Shown: one piece after another, positions 1-4,798 of the stretch
How positions within the stretch are numbered: the first letter of the stretch is position 1
Layout: each line of letters begins with the position of its first letter
DNA from: a virus
DNA: 5,316 nt
Direction: 5' to 3' (one strand)
Virus record (IMG/VR): IMGVR_UViG_3300022758_000038
The notes under the pieces: generated by a model
What the model was told of the DNA's origin: nothing
Database searches by the model: none
Seen by the model: only the letters and a program-made list of their open reading frames with translations
Translations under genes and position numbers: made by a program

Positions 1-127
1 CCCCCAGACCCTTGTTGATCTTGGAATTGTCAGTTCTCAGAGTCCAATATCCTCTGATCAACTTCCCTCCGAGCCCCTGACGCCTGCTCAGAAGCCCCCG
101 GAGGTACAAACCCCTAGCCCTGCTGAA
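1..127. repeat. Terminal direct repeat: bases 1..127 are identical to 5190..5316. This is a circular-genome overlap, giving a unit length of 5189 nt.
   Basis: Base-by-base comparison of the first 127 nt with the last 127 nt of the window shows exact identity. The reading frame of the ORF that begins at 4798 continues seamlessly from 5316 into 128..142. Confidence 0.9.
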
Positions 128-142
128 AGTGAGGTCAAATAA
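2..142 (+). CDS. C-terminal end of the wrap-around ORF that starts at 4798 (putative VP3, internal scaffolding-like protein). It encodes a proline-rich tail ...SPISSDQLPSEPLTPAQKPPEVQTPSPAESEVK and stops at TAA 140..142.
   Basis: Frame 2 is open from position 2 to the TAA at 140..142 and is identical to 5191..5316 plus 15 unique nt. The stop is directly followed by the VP1 ATG at 143 (TAAATG). Confidence 0.55.
   Translation, partial: PQTLVDLGIVSSQSPISSDQLPSEPLTPAQKPPEVQTPSPAESEVK
131..135 (+). promoter_or_regulatory. Shine-Dalgarno site (GAGGT) for VP1, 7 nt upstream of ATG 143.
   Basis: GAGGT lies 7 nt from the ATG. Confidence 0.5.
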
Positions 143-1828
143 ATGAGTAGAAACGCTAATTCTCGTTTTGCTACCAATCCCGTTCGTTTGGATATGTCCC
201 GTTCCAAGTTTCCTCGCAATTTTTCTCATAAGACCACTTTTAATGCTGGTCAGGTGATCCCCTTTTACGTTGATGAGGTCCTCCCCGGCGATACGTTCCA
301 GGTTCGCACGTCTAAGGTTGTCCGTATGCAGACCCTCTTAACCCCTGTCATGGATAACGTCTATCTTGATACGTATTATTTCTTTGTTCCCAACCGTCTG
401 GTATGGGAACACTGGAAACAGTTTATGGGTGAGAACACTGAATCCGCTTGGATCCCCCAGGTTGAGTATGAGGTCCCCCAGCTGACTGCCCCCGCCAATG
501 GCTGGGAAGTCGGAACCCTGGCAGATTATATGGGCATTCCTACTGGTGTGAAAGGTCTTTCTGTCTCCGCCCTCCCGTTCCGTGCCTATGCCCTTATTAT
601 GAACGAGTGGTTCCGCAGTGAAAATCTTACCGATCCTCTTAATATCCCCGTGGATGATGCTACCGTCCAAGGCGTGAATACAAATAACTATGTTTCTGAC
701 GTTGCCAAAGGCGGCAAACCCTTTGTTGCCAATAAGTTCCGCGATTATTTCACGAGCTGTCTCCCAGCTCCTCAGAAAGGCCCGGATGTGACGATCCAGA
801 CTGCCCAGCTTGGTAACGCTCCGGTTGTACCGATGGATAAAGCAGTCCCTAAGGACCTGTTTAATTATCCGTACAATGTCTATATCCCTAGTGGTAATAA
901 AGATTTTGATGCTGGTTATCATGCTGGCTCTGCTTACCAGAACGCCTTCGGCGGTGTTTGGTCTCTTTCTGGTGGTGATCCCAATAAATTGGATCCTGAT
1001 ATTGGTAATGGTGTCGTGGCTTACCCCGCTAACCTTTGGGCGCAGTTTGATAACACTGTCTCTGTTGCTACCATCAATCAGCTTCGTACTGCTTTCCAGA
1101 TTCAGAAGTTTTATGAAAGGAGTGCTCGTGGTGGTTCCCGCTACATTGAGACTCTCAAGGCCCATTTTGGAGTTACTTCCCCGGATGCTCGTCTTCAACG
1201 CCCTGAGTATCTTGGTGGTAATCGTATTCCTGTCAGTATTAATCAGGTTATTCAGAATTCCGGGACTGTTTCCGGTTCTACGCCTCTCGGTGATACTGGC
1301 GCTATGTCTCTCACTACCGATGTGCATTCCGATTTTACTAAGAGCTTTGTTGAGCATGGTTTTGTGATCGGCGTTATGGTCGCTCGTTATGATCATACCT
1401 ACCAGCAGGGCATTGAGCGTTTTTGGAGTCGTAAGTCCATGTTTGATTACTACTGGCCTGAGTTCGCTAACATCGGTGAAATGGCTGTCTTAAACAAGGA
1501 AATTTATGCTCAAGGCAATGCCCAGGACGATGAAGTTTTTGGCTATCAGGAAGCATGGGCCGACTATCGTTATAAGCCTTCCCGTGTGTCTGGTGAGATG
1601 CGATCCCAGTATGCTCAGAGTCTTGATGTGTGGCATCTGGCCGATGATTACTCCAAGATGCCCGCTCTTTCTGATGCCTGGATCCACGAGGACCCCGTCA
1701 CTATTAACCGTGTCCTCGCCGTTTCTGACAATCTCGCTAATCAGTTCTTCTGTGATATTTACGTGCAGAACTATTCTACACGCAATATGCCGCTTTACTC
1801 TATCCCTGGTCTGATTGACCACCACTAA
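143..1828 (+). CDS. VP1: Major capsid protein VP1 (phiX174 F-like) of a Microviridae/Gokushovirinae phage, 561 aa.
   Basis: A 561-aa ORF with an ATG start and an SD site. The N-terminal segment SHKTTFNAGQVIPFYVDEVLPGDTF matches the conserved N-terminal motif of gokushovirus VP1 (KTTF.AG..IP...DEVLPGDTF). Its size is typical for this protein (about 530-570 aa). Confidence 0.9.
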   Translation: MSRNANSRFATNPVRLDMSRSKFPRNFSHKTTFNAGQVIPFYVDEVLPGDTFQVRTSKVVRMQTLLTPVMDNVYLDTYYFFVPNRLVWEHWKQFMGENTESAWIPQVEYEVPQLTAPANGWEVGTLADYMGIPTGVKGLSVSALPFRAYALIMNEWFRSENLTDPLNIPVDDATVQGVNTNNYVSDVAKGGKPFVANKFRDYFTSCLPAPQKGPDVTIQTAQLGNAPVVPMDKAVPKDLFNYPYNVYIPSGNKDFDAGYHAGSAYQNAFGGVWSLSGGDPNKLDPDIGNGVVAYPANLWAQFDNTVSVATINQLRTAFQIQKFYERSARGGSRYIETLKAHFGVTSPDARLQRPEYLGGNRIPVSINQVIQNSGTVSGSTPLGDTGAMSLTTDVHSDFTKSFVEHGFVIGVMVARYDHTYQQGIERFWSRKSMFDYYWPEFANIGEMAVLNKEIYAQGNAQDDEVFGYQEAWADYRYKPSRVSGEMRSQYAQSLDVWHLADDYSKMPALSDAWIHEDPVTINRVLAVSDNLANQFFCDIYVQNYSTRNMPLYSIPGLIDHH

Positions 1829-1840
1829 AACCGCCATAAT

Positions 1841-1870
1841 GCCCCCTGGGAGCCCCCAGGGGGCGTTTTA
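1841..1870 (+). terminator. Rho-independent terminator between VP1 and VP2. The stem is GCCCCCTGGG / CCCAGGGGGC with loop AGCC, followed by TTTT.
   Basis: A 10-bp perfect GC-rich inverted repeat (1841..1850 pairs with 1855..1864), a 4-nt loop, and then a T-tract at 1866..1869, 13 nt after the VP1 stop. Confidence 0.7.
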
Positions 1871-1887
1871 AGAAAGGAAGAGTGTAT

Positions 1888-2784
1888 ATGCTTAGCTCTG
1901 CACAAAAAGTTTCTCAGGACATCGCAGGACGTTCTAACCCTAATTGGAGCTCCGGCGGATCTTCTTCGGTCGGATCCTCCACATCGGATATGTTTGATAA
2001 GTATGCCGCCATGATCAAGGCTAACGCCGCTGAAAACAATGCTTGGTCTGCCCAGCAGGCCCAGATCAATCGCGATTGGCAAGAGCGTATGTCCAATACC
2101 GCTCACCAGCGAGAGGTTGCTGATCTCAAGAAAGCCGGTCTCAATCCTGTACTTTCCGCAAATGGCGGCCAAGGGGCCGCCACTACTTCTGGCGCCACTG
2201 CGTCTACGGATACTTCCGCTAATTCCGCTATTGCCGGGATCCTTGGATCCATTCTCCAGTCCCAGGTGAGCCTGGAGAATCAACGTCTATCCGCTCAGAC
2301 TAACCTTGCGGTTGCAGAGAAGTATAATGCTATGTCCAAGTATACCGCCGAGCTCAACAGTCAGACTCAGCTTAGTACTGCAAATATTTCCGCCGCAACT
2401 TCTCGGTGGATTGCTCAGCTACAGGCTACCACGTCTATCAGCAACACCCAAGCCCAGGTTGCCGCTTCTAAGATCAACGCCCAGGTTGCCGCCGCCGCTC
2501 AGCGGTATGGTTATGAGTTGAGTTCTTGGACTTCTCAGCAGGTTGCAAAGATCAATGGTGATATTAATAAGGAGCTCAAACAGATGGGAATTGATGCCGA
2601 TTGGAATGTGCTCCAGGATACACAACTTCATGATATTGAAACTAATCCAGAGAAGTGGCTGTCTTATCAAGGAATTGGACTTCTTGAAAAGTATCTGCCG
2701 AAGGATTTTCTTGGAAATCCTACTCTTGATGGCTCTCGAGGCGGAGGCTTTAATTCCGCCCGTGGTGCTTCTTCTGGCCGTTAA
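1888..2784 (+). CDS. VP2: Minor capsid / DNA pilot protein VP2 (phiX174 H-like), 298 aa from ATG 1888. The ORF track started it at GTG 1882.
   Basis: The position immediately downstream of VP1 is typical for this gene. AAGGAAG lies 7 nt upstream of ATG 1888. The protein has a Gly/Ser-rich N-terminus and a long Ala/Gln-rich predicted helical (coiled-coil-like) core, consistent with pilot proteins. No specific motif was verified. Confidence 0.7.
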   Translation: MLSSAQKVSQDIAGRSNPNWSSGGSSSVGSSTSDMFDKYAAMIKANAAENNAWSAQQAQINRDWQERMSNTAHQREVADLKKAGLNPVLSANGGQGAATTSGATASTDTSANSAIAGILGSILQSQVSLENQRLSAQTNLAVAEKYNAMSKYTAELNSQTQLSTANISAATSRWIAQLQATTSISNTQAQVAASKINAQVAAAAQRYGYELSSWTSQQVAKINGDINKELKQMGIDADWNVLQDTQLHDIETNPEKWLSYQGIGLLEKYLPKDFLGNPTLDGSRGGGFNSARGASSGR

Positions 2785-2792
2785 AATGATCT

Positions 2793-2827
2793 CTGGGGCC
2801 CTATTTCCTTGATGTATAGGGCCCCAG
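2793..2827 (+). other. GC-rich hairpin with a 12-bp perfect stem, CTGGGGCCCTAT / ATAGGGCCCCAG, and an 11-nt loop, immediately 3' of VP2. It abuts the -35 element of the downstream promoter.
   Basis: Bases 2793..2804 are the exact reverse complement of 2816..2827. No U-tract follows, so it is not a canonical intrinsic terminator. Confidence 0.6.
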
Positions 2828-2856
2828 TGACACCACACCTCTGTGTGTGGTATAAT
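2827..2856 (+). promoter_or_regulatory. Sigma70-like promoter: -35 GTGACA (2827..2832), an 18-bp spacer, an extended -10 TGgTATAAT (2848..2856) and a consensus TATAAT.
   Basis: A perfect TATAAT hexamer sits at 2851..2856, preceded by TGn. The upstream hexamer matches TTGACA at 5 of 6 positions. The predicted transcription start is about 17 nt upstream of ATG 2881, just before the SD site. Confidence 0.5.
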
Positions 2857-2865
2857 GGCCCTGAG

Positions 2866-2873
2866 AAAGGAGG
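2866..2873 (+). promoter_or_regulatory. Shine-Dalgarno site AAAGGAGG, 7 nt upstream of ATG 2881.
   Basis: Near-consensus SD site with the correct spacing. Confidence 0.6.
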
Positions 2874-2880
2874 TACCGTT

Positions 2881-2988
2881 ATGAAGCTCTGGAAATTGCT
2901 TGTGCTTATTTTCTTTGCCTGGTTTCTTTTTGGCAATGGCTGGGCTATGATACTCGGTCTTATTGCAGTTTTTCTTGGAGGTGCTTGA
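2881..2988 (+). CDS. Small hydrophobic membrane peptide of 35 aa, MKLWKLLVLIFFAWFLFGNGWAMILGLIAVFLGGA. It is a candidate single-gene lysis or membrane protein. It was missed by the ORF track because of its size.
   Basis: ATG start with a strong SD site and its own promoter. The N-terminus is cationic (K2, K5), followed by an uninterrupted stretch of about 28 hydrophobic residues broken only by GNG. The stop TGA 2986..2988 lies 1 nt before the TTG 2990 start of Rep. Confidence 0.45.
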   Translation: MKLWKLLVLIFFAWFLFGNGWAMILGLIAVFLGGA

Positions 2989-2989
2989 T

Positions 2990-4078
2990 TTGTCTTGTTA
3001 TTACCCTCTCATTGGAATACCTAATGGTGTGAACCCTAACGGAAAGACCCACTACGCCATCCGTCCTTTTAAGGACTCTGTGTGGGAAGATCTCCAGTTT
3101 CGGCCCCCGCTTCAAGGCCCCGCCGTCAAGATCCCGTGCGGAAAGTGCATAGGTTGCCGCCTGGACTACTCCCGCCAATGGGCTAACCGTTGTATGCTTG
3201 AGGCCCAGTATTATCCTCCCGATCAAGTTTGGTTTGCTACAATTACTTACAATGACAAGTATGTTCCTCGTGTGACTTCCACGGATCCTGAGACCGGCAA
3301 GCAGGCCCCCGCCCTTACTCTTCGGAAGCGTGATTTTCAACTCTGGATGAAGCGGCTCCGCCGCCATTTTCCGGAAACTAAGATTCGTTTTTTTGCCTCT
3401 GGTGAGTATGGATCCGAGACTTTGCGGCCGCATTATCATGCTATCTTATTTGGTCTACCAATTCATGACTTGGAGCCTTATGAAAAGTCCGGAAATTTTC
3501 AACTTTATACGTCAAAAAGTATTGCAAAAACATGGTCGAAGGTGTATAATAATAATGACCTCCGAGATACAAGCAAGGATAGTTATGCTCCTCTTGCATT
3601 GGAGACATGGGTTGAAGGTGATTTGACGTATGAACCGTATGGCAGAATTGTATTATCCCCTTGCAGTTGGGAAACCTGCGCTTATACTGCCCGTTATACC
3701 GCCAAGAAATCCAACACCTTCTTCCCTCAGTTTTTCGAGTCGTTTGGACTCGAGGCTCCGTTTACCCTCATGTCTCGTCGGCCTGGTATAGCTGGCCAGT
3801 ATTACCAGGATCACCCGGAGGTTTACGATTATCGCTATATCAATATCCCAGGCCAGGAAGGAGGCATTAAGTTTACAGTCCCTCGATACTTTGATCGGCT
3901 CCTCGAAAAAGAGGATCCCGAGGCGTTGGCGCGCATGAAGGAGATCCGTCAGAAGATTGTAACTGAGCTGGACAAGGAGAAGGACACAAAGACAACGTAT
4001 GGTACAAAAAATCGTTTGGAAGTAGAAGCTCGTCAGAAAGAAGCTGTTGCTAAGATGTTAAGGAGATCTGCTATATGA
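2990..4078 (+). CDS. VP4: Replication initiator protein VP4 (HUH rolling-circle endonuclease, phiX174 A-like), 362 aa from TTG 2990. Alternative starts are GTG 2981 and TTG 2963, the latter as in the ORF track.
   Basis: RCR motifs are present: motif I FATITY (3233..3250), motif II HUH in RPHYHAILFG (HYH at 3431..3439), and motif III CAYTARYTAKK with paired tyrosines Y-x3-Y then K (3683..3706). There is also an N-terminal CGKCIGC cysteine cluster. No in-frame ATG exists upstream of the conserved N-terminus SCYYPLIG. GGAGG at 2977..2981 lies 8 nt upstream of TTG 2990. Confidence 0.85.
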   Translation: MSCYYPLIGIPNGVNPNGKTHYAIRPFKDSVWEDLQFRPPLQGPAVKIPCGKCIGCRLDYSRQWANRCMLEAQYYPPDQVWFATITYNDKYVPRVTSTDPETGKQAPALTLRKRDFQLWMKRLRRHFPETKIRFFASGEYGSETLRPHYHAILFGLPIHDLEPYEKSGNFQLYTSKSIAKTWSKVYNNNDLRDTSKDSYAPLALETWVEGDLTYEPYGRIVLSPCSWETCAYTARYTAKKSNTFFPQFFESFGLEAPFTLMSRRPGIAGQYYQDHPEVYDYRYINIPGQEGGIKFTVPRYFDRLLEKEDPEALARMKEIRQKIVTELDKEKDTKTTYGTKNRLEVEARQKEAVAKMLRRSAI

Positions 4079-4254
4079 GTCGATTTGAAGTTGTTTATGA
4101 TTCGCTTTGTTCTCTTCGTGATGAGTATTTCGCTAAGTCCAGTGCTGAGTCAGATGATTCTCTTTCTGAATTTTATCTTGGTCGTGCTGGTGCTTATGCT
4201 ATTGCTTGTCTTGCTTTAAAGGAGGCTATTGATTATGAGAAAAAGAGCCAGTAA
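4075..4254 (+). CDS. Small acidic hypothetical protein of 59 aa, MSRFEVVYDSLCSLRDEYFAKSSAESDDSLSEFYLGRAGAYAIACLALKEAIDYEKKSQ. It may be VP5-like by position.
   Basis: Its ATG overlaps the Rep stop (ATGA, 4075..4078). AGGAG lies 9 nt upstream. The ORF is absent from the track only because it is shorter than 60 aa. Confidence 0.45.
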   Translation: MSRFEVVYDSLCSLRDEYFAKSSAESDDSLSEFYLGRAGAYAIACLALKEAIDYEKKSQ

Positions 4255-4345
4255 AGGTGATAAGGCTAAGTTCCGTCGTACTGCCGTGAAGGCCAAGAAG
4301 ATTAATATTGATCCGTATATTCCTAGAGGAGGTATTTCTTTGTGA
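4235..4345 (+). CDS. VP8: Small highly basic DNA-binding protein of 36 aa, MRKRASKGDKAKFRRTAVKAKKINIDPYIPRGGISL (VP8 / phiX174 J-like).
   Basis: 13 of the first 23 residues are Lys or Arg. ATG with AAAGGAGG 9 nt upstream. The size and composition are typical of microvirus ssDNA-packaging J/VP8 proteins. It overlaps the preceding ORF by 20 nt in a different frame. Confidence 0.6.
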   Translation: MRKRASKGDKAKFRRTAVKAKKINIDPYIPRGGISL

Positions 4346-4351
4346 GTGGTT

Positions 4352-4387
4352 GTGAGTCGCCTCACGCTTATTGTTTTGGTATTTTTT
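4352..4387 (+). terminator. Weak terminator-like element: a GTGAG/CTCAC stem of 5 bp with loop TCGC, followed by a T-rich run (TTATTGTTTTGGTATTTTTT).
   Basis: A short inverted repeat at 4352..4365, then a T-rich tract up to 4387. It is preceded by a TGTGAGT direct repeat (4341 and 4351). The stem is short, so function is uncertain. Confidence 0.3.
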
Positions 4388-4400
4388 GGAGGTATATTAA

Positions 4401-4646
4401 ATGAATGTTTTTGTCTACTCTATGCGTGACATTAAGTCTGACTTTATGGCTCCTACCTATAGCAGTAACGATGCTGTTGCTATGCGCAATTTTGAGTCGG
4501 CTATTGAGCAGTCGCATGATGTGCTGTTTACTCATCGCTCTGATTTTCAGCTTTTCCGCATTGGTTCTTTCGATACTGATACAGGTATTTTGACCCCTGA
4601 GAAACTTCCTGTTCTCATTAAGGATGGAAAGGATGTTGTTGGTTGA
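4401..4646 (+). CDS. Hypothetical protein of 81 aa.
   Basis: ATG with GGAGG 8 nt upstream. Codon usage matches the other genes (T-rich third positions). The stop TGA overlaps the next ORF's ATG (TGATG at 4644..4648). Confidence 0.6.
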   Translation: MNVFVYSMRDIKSDFMAPTYSSNDAVAMRNFESAIEQSHDVLFTHRSDFQLFRIGSFDTDTGILTPEKLPVLIKDGKDVVG

Positions 4647-4798
4647 TGTACTACGTTGAGATTATGCAGGATGGCCGTAATCGTGCTTCCTTCCCTTGTA
4701 AAACCCTCCCGGAAGCTAAACGTACCGCCGTTGCTGTTCAGGAGCTGGTTGTTACCTCTGATGAGTATATCCGAGTTGTAAAGGAGATTGATTTTTGA
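4646..4798 (+). CDS. Hypothetical small protein of 50 aa, MYYVEIMQDGRNRASFPCKTLPEAKRTAVAVQELVVTSDEYIRVVKEIDF.
   Basis: Its ATG overlaps the upstream stop (TGATG) and its own stop TGA 4796..4798 overlaps the next ATG 4798..4800 (TGATG), a translational coupling chain. It has no independent SD site. Confidence 0.4.
   Translation: MYYVEIMQDGRNRASFPCKTLPEAKRTAVAVQELVVTSDEYIRVVKEIDF

Noticed and set aside
810-1367. A 185-aa extremely Leu/Val/Ile-rich ORF in the +1 frame inside VP1. The ORFs at 1506..1814, 4405..4593, 4826..5056 and 5075..5269 are of the same kind.
   Set aside because: The genes here have T-rich third codon positions. Shifting the frame puts T at codon position 2, which yields hydrophobic residues and removes stop codons (TAA, TAG and TGA all have a purine at position 2). 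These are therefore expected compositional artefacts. The start at 810 is a TTG without an SD site. An overprinted E-like gene cannot be excluded but has no positive support.
338-1396. A 352-aa ORF on the minus strand antisense to VP1, together with the other minus-strand ORFs at 1490..1837, 1825..2283, 1914..2096, 2419..2838, 2960..3439 and 4738..5298.
   Set aside because: Every one lies fully antisense to a well-supported + strand gene. Microviridae encode all their genes on the packaged strand. None has a convincing SD site plus ATG, and their composition (Ile/Asn/Ser/Arg-rich) looks like shadow-ORF translation.
1882-1887. The GTG start for VP2 proposed by the ORF track.
   Set aside because: ATG 1888 has the SD site AAGGAAG at the ideal 7-nt spacing. 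GTG 1882 would be only 1 nt from the SD site.
2039-2521. Pro/Leu/Arg-rich alternate-frame + ORFs inside VP2 (2039..2269 and 2306..2521), plus 2543..2812.
   Set aside because: They have no RBS. The low-complexity composition is typical of an off-frame reading of a Gln/Ala/Ser-rich gene. Each is nested in VP2.
3393-3870. Alternate-frame + ORFs inside Rep (3393..3626 and 3661..3870).
   Set aside because: They have no SD site and lie inside the well-supported VP4 frame. Their composition is atypical and they are probably spurious, although phiX174 does overprint B/K inside gene A, so weak doubt remains.
4371-4399. A possible promoter (TTGTTT ... TATATT) upstream of the 4401 ORF.
   Set aside because: The -10 candidate overlaps the SD-ATG spacer, so transcripts would start inside or after the RBS. 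It is not a credible independent promoter.
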